DNA of 64,000 nt, from contig CBDFJF010000002.1 in assembly GCA_965248265.1 (NCBI GenBank), positions 1,376,001 through 1,440,000 on the forward strand, read 5' to 3'. The DNA is from Candidatus Latescibacterota bacterium. GTDB lineage: Bacteria > Latescibacterota > UBA2968 > UBA8231. Shown here in pieces: positions 21,059 to 30,790 of the stretch (its first letter is position 1; each line of letters opens with the position of its first letter). Position numbers and translations under genes: made by a program. The notes under the pieces are model-generated. The model did no database searches, was not told the origin of the DNA, and worked only from the letters and a program-made list of their open reading frames with translations.

Positions 21059-21155
21059 GGACACCGCCATTCTTTTGACGAGCTGGGGCCAGGTGAAGGA
21101 AACCCCCGGCGGGAGCGACTGAGCCTCCGCGAACGTGGTGGACAGCTAAACGTCC
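21059..21155 (+). ncRNA. Candidate structured RNA (multi-stem junction), possibly the mobile-element-associated radC RNA motif
   Basis: Stems CACCGC/GTGGTG, GCTGGGG/CCCCGGC, GGAGC/GC(C)TCC, GGAC/GTCC just downstream of promoter copy 2; the family name is from recollection and unverified. Confidence 0.45.
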
Positions 21156-21640
21156 CTGCGGACTGATCATATGTGTTACCCCTGTCAACTGATACACCGC
21201 ACAACCCTCAGCAACCTGCCGCGCTCATGCGCCGCTACCACCACACTCATAATCCCAACTCTGAACAAAGCACCCTTCTCAACGAAATCGTGAGTCATCT
21301 TTCGATCACCGTCTTTCTTTTTTGAGATGGTCCAGCACAGTCGTGGGAGATGATAGTCTACAGCAGGAGCATCGTCGAAGCGATTCGGGATGACTGTCAG
21401 TATCAGTTGACGCTGTTAGATCCGGTTCCAGCGTCGTTTGTCGAACTGCGCTCTTGGCCTGACGCTGCAGAGAGGTGTTGCGCTCAAGGGCCAGTTCCCT
21501 GGCCGCGTCCAGCGAAAAAAGGAAATGGATCGTCAGCCACAGCGGGCGCCGGGCCGAGATGCTACTTCGTGTCACACGCGCTTTTTTGCCAGAAACCTGC
21601 CGTCGCAGGACGATGGCGCCTGGCGGTGCCTATCCGTACA

Positions 21641-22327
21641 ATGCCGGTCATGTTTGCGATCTTCGGGAGACTGCTACATCAAGCCAGACAAAAGCGGTGG
21701 GCAAACCTGCTGGTGGTAACTCTGCGCATCGGCCTCGCCTTTGCCTTTGTGCCGGCGGGGCTGAAGAAGGTGATATATCAGCCCTTTACCGATCCGCAGA
21801 ACACGGGTCTCTTTCATGAATTTCTGCACGCCTTCTACGCCACGGGCGCCTTCTACTCGTTCGTTGGAGTCATGCAACTCCTGGCGGCCCTGCTGCTCCT
21901 GTCTCAGCGTTTTGCCCTGGTGGGGGCGCTCATCCTTCTGCCCATTGTTTCGACCATTCTCGTGTTTTGCTGGAGTACGCAGGTCTACCCCACGGCGACG
22001 GTTGTGTCGTTCATGTTTGCCGCCACATCGGGCCTTGTCCTGTGGGACTTGCAGAAATGGCGCACTGTTTTCTTCCAGGATCAGCGGGGTGGTGAAATTC
22101 GGATGGAGCCCTCCTCTGCCTCCGTTGACCTGAATCTGTGGACTGGGTGCGGAGTCCTGGTCACGTCGCTGTACCTGCTGGTCTGTGCCCTGACGGGTGG
22201 CGTCTACCGCCCTATGGGTGCCGAGTTCGATCGCCCTGCTTTTTACGTCTTCCCCCTGATGCTCCTGATCTTCGCCGCGACCTTCATCGTCGATCAAATC
22301 CGATACCGGCGGTCGATCCGGGGCTGA
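21641..22327 (+). CDS. DoxX-family membrane protein
   Basis: LRIGLAFAFVPAGLKK, FY.FVGVMQL.A..LLL..RFA..GA; about 6 TM helices; start 21641 or 21650. Confidence 0.75.
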   Translation: MPVMFAIFGRLLHQARQKRWANLLVVTLRIGLAFAFVPAGLKKVIYQPFTDPQNTGLFHEFLHAFYATGAFYSFVGVMQLLAALLLLSQRFALVGALILLPIVSTILVFCWSTQVYPTATVVSFMFAATSGLVLWDLQKWRTVFFQDQRGGEIRMEPSSASVDLNLWTGCGVLVTSLYLLVCALTGGVYRPMGAEFDRPAFYVFPLMLLIFAATFIVDQIRYRRSIRG

Positions 22328-22459
22328 GTTCTCAAGTGACAGGACTTCCCCGCTCGAGCGATGGGGACGATCATCTGCCAGCTGTTTTTCCGGCTTGACG
22401 CAGATACGTTTTGGCGATATTGCCGCGCTGGGAGAAATCCGGCGTTAGCAATGCAACAA

Positions 22460-22584
22460 CGCCGTTCATCATCACCGGACCTCAAATCGATGAGCTGGAC
22501 CAGATCATCGACGAGGGACTGGCCGAGCTTCAGGAGGAACTATCCGGTCTGTGAATCGGCGACACCCTGTCGATGGCCGGCACA
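22460..22584 (+). repeat. Direct repeat copy B (orphan aminotransferase 3' end), attR-like
   Basis: Encodes PFIITGPQIDELDQIIDEGLAELQEELSGL* with no upstream gene body. Confidence 0.9.
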
Positions 22585-22593
22585 CTGGGTGGG

Positions 22594-23139
22594 TCAAGCC
22601 GATTGCGGTTCGCGGGCGAACGTAGACTGGTAAGAGGCAAGCGCCGCTCCACCGAGCCGTTCACCCATGGTCCGGAGCTCTTCGCGCCGGTACTCCCACG
22701 TGCCAGACCGCTCGACCTGCTCCAAATGGTCACACAGGTGTAGTCGCATCAGGTCCTCGAATTCCTGGTTGGACAGGTCCAGGGTTTCGCCCGACAGCCG
22801 GTCTACGATCGCGTAGCGGTCCTGGTGTTTGTCGACCAGGGCAAAAAACGAGGCGCGATCCATGGCACAGTTGGCATAGGCGATCAGCTCTGCCCGGGGC
22901 CCGATCAGCGTGCGCAGTTCCTCGCGCCGATCCAGCGGGAGGGTGAAAGCCTGAAACCCTTCGGTACCGTAGATCGAATGGAACACGGCAGCGCGGCACA
23001 TCTCCTCATCTGCTTCCCACGATTTCATGTAATTGTACACCCCGACCGCGTGGCCCAGGTAGGTCGTGCCCGAATGGGGGAGTTTGGCCACACCCAATTC
23101 GTGGATGTAGTTCGTCATCGTTTTTACCGGCAGAGTCAT
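22594..23139 (-). CDS. DUF6817-like (HD-fold-like) protein
   Basis: PHSG..YLGH..GV, A.FHSIYGTEGF, LIG.RAE; GGAGG RBS before ATG 23139. Confidence 0.75.
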   Translation of the reverse strand: MTLPVKTMTNYIHELGVAKLPHSGTTYLGHAVGVYNYMKSWEADEEMCRAAVFHSIYGTEGFQAFTLPLDRREELRTLIGPRAELIAYANCAMDRASFFALVDKHQDRYAIVDRLSGETLDLSNQEFEDLMRLHLCDHLEQVERSGTWEYRREELRTMGERLGGAALASYQSTFAREPQSA

Positions 23140-23396
23140 CGTTGCCTCCTCGTATTCAGCAGGTCGGACAGGCCAAACGCGGTGTCCTGCCAACCCGCGA
23201 GCGGATTTGCATCACAGAGATTCGGGCTTTTCCTGGATCATTTCCAGCTCTCGACAGGGTGGAGTCTTCAGCCCATACTAACGGCGGCTCCCGCAACTAG
23301 CGCATCGACTTACGCACTTTGATCAATCTCTTTTTCTCGGACGCCGCTGGAAGATCAATGGAACAGCGTCAGCCCGCCCCACACAGGTAAGCAGCG

Positions 23397-24887
23397 ATGA
23401 ATGTGCTCCTGATTCTGGCCGACCAGTTCCGCGCCGATTGTCTGCATCATGCCGGCAACGAAGTGATTCAGACTCCCAATCTGGACCGGCTTGCCTCTGA
23501 GGGAGTCTCGTTCACCCACTGCTTCAACCAGACAGCCCCGTGCGGTCCCAGCCGCATGTGCATCTATACCAGCCGGTACCTGTGCTCGACGCGGGTCGTC
23601 CACAACGGGACCCCGCTGCTGGACGCTGAGGACAACGTCGCGTTCATGCTCAAGGAAGCCGGCTACGACCCGGGGTTGATCGGCTACAACAGCTACACCA
23701 TCGATCCGGCCCGCCTGCCCGAGGGAGATATCCGCCGCAACAGCCTGGACTACCACAACAGCCTGCCCGGGTTCGAATGGATATTGAATCACGAAAAGGA
23801 CAGCGACGAGTACTTCCAATGGCTGGGCGACGGGAAAGGGTACCCTCCTCAGCTGCTGAACCACGACGCCATTCACGAACCGGCAGTGCCCGAGGAGGGG
23901 CCGGGCGAGCATCTGCCGCAGCATTTCCCGGCTCGATACCGCAAAGAGCACAGCGAATGCCGCTACGTAACCGAGCGGGCCGTCGATTATGTGCGCGAGC
24001 GCAAACCGTCCTCGCCCGTGGACAAAGGCTGGGTGTTGAGTCTCAACTACAACAAACCGCACCCGCCCAATATCTGCTGCGAGCCGTATTGCGACATGTA
24101 CGACCCGGCCCACATGCCGCCGGCGGCGCGATCAGAAGAAGAGCTGACTCCGGCCCATCCGTACCTGCGGAAGCTGGCGCATAAGGCTCTGACGGACGAG
24201 TTGCATCTACAAGAGTACCGCGCCTGCTACTACGGCATGATCACCGAAGTGGACGACAACCTGGGACTGCTGTTCGATGCAATCGATGAGAGCGGGCAGT
24301 GGGACGACACCTTGATCATCTTCTCCTCCGATCACGGCGAGCATCTGGGTGATCACTACATAATGTCAAAGGGCCAGTTTCACGACGGCGGCATGCGCAT
24401 TCCCTACATCATCAAGGATCCGTCTCCCGAAGCCGATGCCACCCGCGGTCAGATCATGCCCCACTTCATCGAGTCCATCGATTCCGCCCCAACGATGATG
24501 GAGGCTCTGGGTCAGCCGATCCCCGATCGCTTTCAAGGGCGCAGTCTCCTCGGGCTCTTGCGCGACGACGCGGAGTACGAACCGCGCGAAGAGATACACT
24601 ACGAGTTCGACTACCGCGGCCGCCGGTGGGCGGGAGAGAATCCGGATCCGGATGTCCATGTTCTCTGGGTGGTGCGGGACCGGGAGTTCAAATACATCTA
24701 CTTCGCCGACGAGGAGATGCCGCCTATTCTCTTCGATTTGACAACCGACCCAGACGAGCTGACGAATGTGGCCGGACGGCTGGAGTACGCCGCCGCCGAG
24801 TTGCGCTACAGCCACAAGCTGCTGCGCTGGCGCATGAAGAACGAAGATCAACGCATGGAGCGCTGGGCCCAGCCACTGCGCGACTAG
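23397..24887 (+). CDS. Formylglycine sulfatase-family hydrolase, phosphonate monoester hydrolase-like
   Basis: ADQFRAD, TPNLDRLA, CGPSR, KPHPP, SDHGE.LGDH, LFDL..DP.E. Confidence 0.85.
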   Translation: MNVLLILADQFRADCLHHAGNEVIQTPNLDRLASEGVSFTHCFNQTAPCGPSRMCIYTSRYLCSTRVVHNGTPLLDAEDNVAFMLKEAGYDPGLIGYNSYTIDPARLPEGDIRRNSLDYHNSLPGFEWILNHEKDSDEYFQWLGDGKGYPPQLLNHDAIHEPAVPEEGPGEHLPQHFPARYRKEHSECRYVTERAVDYVRERKPSSPVDKGWVLSLNYNKPHPPNICCEPYCDMYDPAHMPPAARSEEELTPAHPYLRKLAHKALTDELHLQEYRACYYGMITEVDDNLGLLFDAIDESGQWDDTLIIFSSDHGEHLGDHYIMSKGQFHDGGMRIPYIIKDPSPEADATRGQIMPHFIESIDSAPTMMEALGQPIPDRFQGRSLLGLLRDDAEYEPREEIHYEFDYRGRRWAGENPDPDVHVLWVVRDREFKYIYFADEEMPPILFDLTTDPDELTNVAGRLEYAAAELRYSHKLLRWRMKNEDQRMERWAQPLRD

Positions 24888-24945
24888 AGTCCGTGTGCGC
24901 ACCGGCTCGTCCGATGCGATTTAAATACAAATAGAGGGACAAGCG

Positions 24946-26463
24946 ATGGCGATGTTAGAGATTGGATCCAGCAAGCAGCTGTTCTTCGACGACTACCTGA
25001 TTGAGAGCCTGACGCACGCCACCCGGGGGTTGAACCAGGCAATCAAAGTGGATGAACCCATCCTGCAGCAGGAGCGGCCATGGGAGGGAAACTGCATGCG
25101 GCCGCAGAAGGTGATCTTCGATCCCCACGACCAGCTGTTCAAGATGTGGTACTCCACAGTGACCACCTCGGTGATGGTCAAGGACGGCAAACCTGTGCGG
25201 GGCGGCTTTGACGGTTACCTGTGGGATTCATCCGGGTCGGCCACGTGTCTGGCAACATCCAAGGATGGCGTGAACTGGGAGCGGCCGTCACTGGGATTGA
25301 CCGAGTTCGACGGATCGACGGACAACAACATTCTTCCGGAGCGGGAAAACCTGCCCAATGTACCGTCGTTTCAGGATCTCCACGAGAAGGATCCCGCCAA
25401 ACTCTACAAGGCGATGACACTGACCGGCGGTACGCAAACGCGGGGTTTGCAGTACGACCTGTTCTACTCTCCCGACGGCCTGGCCTGGACCCCGTACGAA
25501 GGCAATCCCGTCATTGATACAGGGCAGGAGCTTGGACGCTGGGCGGGCAGATTCTTCCCCTGGGACCCGATTCGGGAGACTTACTTCGTGACGATGGAGG
25601 CCAGTCACCACTGGCGGGGTCCCTACGGCAAGCGTCTTGTCGGCAGGGCGGAAAGCCCGGACATGATTCACTGGAGCGAGCCCGAGATTCTTCTGGTTCC
25701 GGATGATAAGGACGCCGCGGACACGGAGTTCTACAGCTTTCCCATATATCCCTACGAGGGGATCTACGTCGGGTTGTTGTGGATTTTCCGCACCACGAAT
25801 GTTACCCATCATCCCGAGGTCGCGTTCAGCCGCGACGGTTTTCACTTCCAGCGCAATTTCAGGGAGCCGTACATCCCGCGGGGGGGCGCCCTGGGGGAGT
25901 TCGACTCGAGCAGCGTCTATACCATGGACACGATCGTCCACGGGGACCGCATCATGACCTACTACATCGGCACCAACAGGCGCTCACCTGAAGTCGGTTT
26001 CGCCCTGGGCGACAAGGCCAGGGAAGGCGTCGGTCTGGCCATCTCGCGCCTCGACGGTTTCGTTTCCCTGGACAGCGGCAAGGGCTGGATCGTCGCCGAT
26101 CGATCGGAAGAGGAACTGGAAAAGACCTCGGGAGAGCGGGTTCTGTTCGACGAACCTGAATCGTTCGGCCAGATGGTGACGCGACCCTTCGGGTTCTCAG
26201 GGTCGAGTCTTCACGTGAATGCGAGTATGGCGCCGCTCGCTGCCGGACCCGGCCCCGGTGAGGTGCGGGTTGAGATCGTGCGGTCGAACCACAAGAAGTT
26301 GCCGGGATTCAACTTCAACGATGCCGACCCGATAACGGAAGGCAGCACCGACCACGTCCTATCGTGGAACGGCAACACCGATCTGAGTGCGCTTGCCGGC
26401 CAGCCGATCAAGCTGCGCTTCTACTTCAAGAATGCCAAGCTCTACTCCTTCCAGTTCAAGTAG
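24946..26463 (+). CDS. Hypothetical glycosidase-like beta-propeller protein (third member of the family)
   Basis: KQLFFDD.LI, PWEG, ATSKDGVNWERP.LG, RLDGFVSLD, KLRFYFKNAKLYSFQF. Confidence 0.75.
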   Translation: MAMLEIGSSKQLFFDDYLIESLTHATRGLNQAIKVDEPILQQERPWEGNCMRPQKVIFDPHDQLFKMWYSTVTTSVMVKDGKPVRGGFDGYLWDSSGSATCLATSKDGVNWERPSLGLTEFDGSTDNNILPERENLPNVPSFQDLHEKDPAKLYKAMTLTGGTQTRGLQYDLFYSPDGLAWTPYEGNPVIDTGQELGRWAGRFFPWDPIRETYFVTMEASHHWRGPYGKRLVGRAESPDMIHWSEPEILLVPDDKDAADTEFYSFPIYPYEGIYVGLLWIFRTTNVTHHPEVAFSRDGFHFQRNFREPYIPRGGALGEFDSSSVYTMDTIVHGDRIMTYYIGTNRRSPEVGFALGDKAREGVGLAISRLDGFVSLDSGKGWIVADRSEEELEKTSGERVLFDEPESFGQMVTRPFGFSGSSLHVNASMAPLAAGPGPGEVRVEIVRSNHKKLPGFNFNDADPITEGSTDHVLSWNGNTDLSALAGQPIKLRFYFKNAKLYSFQFK

Positions 26464-26508
26464 CCGGGGGGAATGAACGAGGCTGATGCCCGCGGCGGAG
26501 TCGCCGGG

Positions 26509-27342
26509 CTACGAGATATGTCCTCTGTAATCGGCCAGCAGCGCCGCGGCGCCGGCGCGAATCAACCCGATCTCCGACTCGGTCTCGAAAAAACAGGCGC
26601 CCTTGCGGACCCATTCGCCGGCCGCCTCGCCGTCTGACGGCGTGGTTCCGAAGGCGATTCCGTACTTCTTGCACAATTCAAGTACGTCTTCCATCGGTCC
26701 GCGCACCTCCGGGTGATTGTAGTCGCCAGGGTGTCCCAGTTCGATCGACGAATCACCCGGCCCCACATAGCACATATCGATGCCAGGCAGGCTCAGGATA
26801 TCCTCCGCGTTCTTGTACGCCAGCGCGGTCTCGAAGTGGACGACGACGACGGTCTCCTCATCCTGTTCGTCCATCCAGCGTTGCCAGTCCGTGACGCCAC
26901 GGTAGTCGCTGTTGCCCCATCCCGGCGCCACCGCACGGGTTCCTCCCGGCGGAAATTTCAGGTAGCTCAGCAAGGTCTCGACCTGGTCGCGCGTCTCCGC
27001 CCTGGGCAACTGGATGCCCACGACGCCAGCCTCCAACAGCTTCGCCACCTCCTGCCGATCCAATTGCGGGGTTTTGGCGATCACGGGGAGTCCGTTGTCG
27101 CGGGCTGATTGTACGGTATCGACCAGATCTTCCGGGTCGAAAGAGGTGTGTTCGTATTCGATGTAGACGAAGTCGTACCCGGCATGCTGAAACAGTTTGA
27201 TCAGTGCTGGCCTGGCGAATTGCTGTAACATGGGGCCGATCAGGACGTCCCGTTTGAGTCTTGCCTTGAGGTGCCGTCCGGGTCCCCCCTCCGGGTACCA
27301 GGGGTTGTCGATGCCAACGCTGGATATGGATTGCTGTGCCAT
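26509..27342 (-). CDS. HpcH/HpaI aldolase family protein
   Basis: GYDFVYIEYEH, KFPPGGTR, HFET, YVGPGD; GGAGG RBS. Confidence 0.85.
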   Translation of the reverse strand: MAQQSISSVGIDNPWYPEGGPGRHLKARLKRDVLIGPMLQQFARPALIKLFQHAGYDFVYIEYEHTSFDPEDLVDTVQSARDNGLPVIAKTPQLDRQEVAKLLEAGVVGIQLPRAETRDQVETLLSYLKFPPGGTRAVAPGWGNSDYRGVTDWQRWMDEQDEETVVVVHFETALAYKNAEDILSLPGIDMCYVGPGDSSIELGHPGDYNHPEVRGPMEDVLELCKKYGIAFGTTPSDGEAAGEWVRKGACFFETESEIGLIRAGAAALLADYRGHIS

Positions 27343-27367
27343 GGTTCCTCCGCTGGGCCGCAGTTGT

Positions 27368-27924
27368 TCAGATATATCCGGGAGAGCTGAGGATCTCGAT
27401 CTGGTCACTGAGGCGTTCGAGCACGTGATCGGGATAGATGGACATGCGCTGGTCGGGCAGGTTGTTGCGCCCGATGGCCGGCATGTAGTTGAAGAACACG
27501 GAGCGGCGGACTGAGTCGTCCGTCACCGGGTAAGCATTGTGGGTCATACCTTCAGAGAAGATGACGACATCGCCGGGCGCCGCGAACATCGGCACGCACA
27601 TCGGATTCTTGCTGGCATCGCTCATATCGAACGGGCAGGCAAAATTGGCCCTGTGGCTGCCGGGAATCGCTGCGAACGGTCCGCTTTCGATGTAGGTCAT
27701 GTCGGAAAGGATGACGACGCTCTTGGTGCTGCAGCAGGCAAAACGCTGATTGGTGTGGTCGTAGGCGTAATAAATGTCCCGGTCAATGGGGTAGCCACCG
27801 TTGTGGAGCCTGCCACCGATGGCGGGTCGTAATGTCCTTTGAGAACAAAGTAGCCCCGGAGATCGAGTTCATATTTCTGTTCGGGGGTGACCTCAAATTC
27901 TGTGCTGGTTTCGATGGATGTCAT
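27368..27924 (-). pseudogene. PhyH-family gene with an internal deletion and frameshift near 27825
   Basis: N-terminus TPEQKYELDLRGYFVLKG joined out of frame to GRLHNGGYP...IPGSHRANF...MTH...RRS; too short for a full PhyH protein. Confidence 0.7.
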
Positions 27925-28178
27925 GATTCTGCTCGGTTGGGTGAAAAGCCTTCGGACGGTCAGGGCAACGACGTCATAGGTGGAGTGTCGAAGGAAGTAA
28001 ATTCACTAAGCACAGTCAACGAAACACCGGAAAACCAGGATGACTCTCTCTCGACAGAGCCCGATGCTCGCCCGATACTAACGCGTCTGTGCAGACGTGT
28101 AAGCGGTCTCGGGAACCTACCGCGAAGGTTTTCGCTTTCAGCATACGCAATCTACAAGAAAGGAAGGGTTGAGCGTTG

Positions 28179-29009
28179 ATGTCTGTGACGATTACAAGGC
28201 AAGAACGTGCATCCGGGTGTCTGACCAGTACTAGTGTCAACCAAGCGGTGGAGGCGATCCGGCGTGACGGGTTCGTCGTAATTGAGAATGCGGTGTCCGA
28301 TGAGCCGCTCGACATGCTCAGGGAAAAAATGGATGAAGACTCGCAGGTCATGATCGACCTGGAGTGGTGGGGTGGAGCAGGGCGTCTCAAAGGACATCTA
28401 CAACAGGCGCCACCACCATTCAACCCCTTTGTTTTTTCCGAGATCGTGGCCAATCCGTTCGCCATTCAAGTCAACATTGCACTCCTCGGCAGTGGTATCT
28501 CCAACGCTTTCTGTACCGGGAATACCAACTGTCCCGGCAGTGAGACTCAGATGCTACATCGCGACGGTGCGCCGCTGTGGCCGGGCCATGAGCCGGCCCA
28601 CCCGACCTCAAGGGTCGTCGTCAATATTTCACCCCACGATGTGACGGAAGAGAACGGCGCGGTGGAATTGTGGCCGGGTACCCATCTGCATCCATTTCCG
28701 GAGAAACCGATTGGTGAAGTCCTGGAAGCGGAGCAACGGCGGGTCGCACCGCCCGTGCGAGGGTGCGCCAGGAAAGGAAGCATCGTCATCCGGGATGTTC
28801 GACTCTGGCATCGGGGTGTGCCCAATCATTCAAATCGGCCACGCCACATGATCGCGTTCCTTCACATGATCAACTGGTTCCGCAAAACTGAGCCCCAGAA
28901 GTTCAACACCGGCTGCGAAGAGGCCTTTCCGGACGATTGCGGCCTGGATCACAATGTTCAATTCACCGACGAAGCGATTGACTATCTGAATCTCAAAAGG
29001 ACGTCATGA
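28179..29009 (+). CDS. PhyH-family Fe(II)/2OG dioxygenase
   Basis: DGFVVIENA, LHRD, ENGAVELWPGTH, LWHRGVPN.S..PR. Confidence 0.9.
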   Translation: MSVTITRQERASGCLTSTSVNQAVEAIRRDGFVVIENAVSDEPLDMLREKMDEDSQVMIDLEWWGGAGRLKGHLQQAPPPFNPFVFSEIVANPFAIQVNIALLGSGISNAFCTGNTNCPGSETQMLHRDGAPLWPGHEPAHPTSRVVVNISPHDVTEENGAVELWPGTHLHPFPEKPIGEVLEAEQRRVAPPVRGCARKGSIVIRDVRLWHRGVPNHSNRPRHMIAFLHMINWFRKTEPQKFNTGCEEAFPDDCGLDHNVQFTDEAIDYLNLKRTS

Positions 29010-30790
29010 CATCAGTGCCAGCAGAAGGACCCCAAAGGCTGTGGTACGACAGACCCGCCGATGGCTGGCTCGAGGCCCTGCCGGTCGGCAACGGCCGTCT
29101 CGGTGCGATGGTCTTCGGGGGGGTCCCCGCCGAGCGCATGCAACTCAACGAAGACACCCTGTGGACCGGTGTGCCCGGAGGCTGGAACGAACCGCGGTCG
29201 AAGGATCTCATCCCGATGATCCGTCGTCTCGTCGACGACGAACGCTATGCAGAAGCGACCGAGCTGTGCAAGCAACTGCAGGGTCCGTTCAATCAGGCGT
29301 ACCAACCCGTCGGTGATCTCTTTGTCGAATGCGACCACGACGGCGATCTATCCGATTACTGCCGCGAGCTTGATCTGGCTACCGGCGTTGCGTCGACCGT
29401 CTACCGTGCCGGCGGACGCACCTGGCACCGTGAGGCCTTCGCCAGCTATCCCGACCAGGTTATCGTCATGCGGCTGGAATGCGACCGCCCCGGCATGGTC
29501 GGGTGCTCCCTCAGCATGTCGAGTCCTCTCAGACATCAGGTGGAATACACGCCATCCGGCAGCATCCGGCTTGTCGGGCGTTGTCCCCGTCAGGTGATCG
29601 CCCGCGGCTGGGACACCGTTTTCGTCTACGACGAGGATCAGACGGAAGACATGCGGTTCACGAGTTTGAATAAGCGCCAGCCGCTCGAGGAGCCGGTAGG
29701 TTGTATGCGGTTCGAGGCCCGTATCATGATATGCGCCGAAGGGGGCCGTGTGGCCATGTCCGATGATCGCCTCACGGTGTCGGATGCCGATGCCCTCACT
29801 CTGCTTGTTGCCGCGGACACGAGCTACAACGGACATCGAGCCCATCCCGGCAGGGAAGGCGTGGATCCATCTGAGGAGGTCGAAGCCGTGCTCGCTGCGG
29901 TAGGGGATGTGCCGTACGAACGCCTGCGCGAACGGCATACGGCTGATCATGACGAGCTGTTCGGCCGGGTGACCGTCGATCTGGGAGCGGCATCGACCTG
30001 CGACCTGCCTACCGATGAACGGATCAGCGCATTCGGCCAATCACCAGACCCGTCGCTGGTCTCTCTCCTGTTTCAATACGGTCGGTACCTGACGATCGCC
30101 GGTTCGCGTCCCGGCTCGCAGCCTTTGAACCTTCAGGGTATCTGGAACGATCAGATCGATCCCCCCTGGTGGAGCAACTGGACTATCAATATCAACACCG
30201 AGATGAATTACTGGCCGGCAGAGGTGACGAATTTGTCTGAGTGCCACACGCCTCTGTTCGATTTCATCGACGGGCTTGCCGACAACGGCGCTGAGACGGC
30301 ACAGATCAACTACGGGCTCGATGGCTGGGTCGCTCACCACCAGGTCGATCTCTGGCGCCAGAGTGCACCGGTGGGCTGCTTTTTCGGGAATTCCAACTAC
30401 GCCATGTGGCCGCTGGGCGGTGCTTGGCTCAGCCGTCATTTCTGGGAACATTTCCTGTTTACCGGTGATCGCGATTTTCTGCGTGACCGCGCCTGGCCTC
30501 CCATGAAGGGCGCTGCCGAGTTTTGCCTGGGCTGGCTGATAGAGGACGATAGCGGTTTCCTGGTGACCTCGCCGTCGACCTCGCCCGAGCACGTGTTCAG
30601 GCTTCCGGATGGCACCAGGGCTTCGGTGAGCAAGGCCTCTACCATGGACATGGCCATCATCCACGACCTGCTTGGCCATTGTATCGACACCGCCGCCATT
30701 CTCGGAATCGATGCCGAATTCGCCGAACGCTGCGCCTCGGCACGCTCACGTCTGTTCCCTCCGCCGATCGGTGAGGACGGTTCCCTGCTA

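Larger units (their letters stand above)
16928..22584. mobile_element. Integrase-less genomic islet inserted at the aminotransferase 3' end
   Basis: Bounded by a gene-end direct repeat; cargo unrelated to the flanks; no recombinase ORF inside. Confidence 0.6.

Noticed and set aside
21059-21155. glmS, HDV-like or hammerhead ribozyme, or c-di-AMP riboswitch
   Set aside because: Only short words match (TTGACGAG, CAGCTAA); I could not build the required core pairings
20870-22470. Integron attC cassettes
   Set aside because: No complementary RYYYAAC/GTTRRRY pairs with proper inner boxes, and no intI
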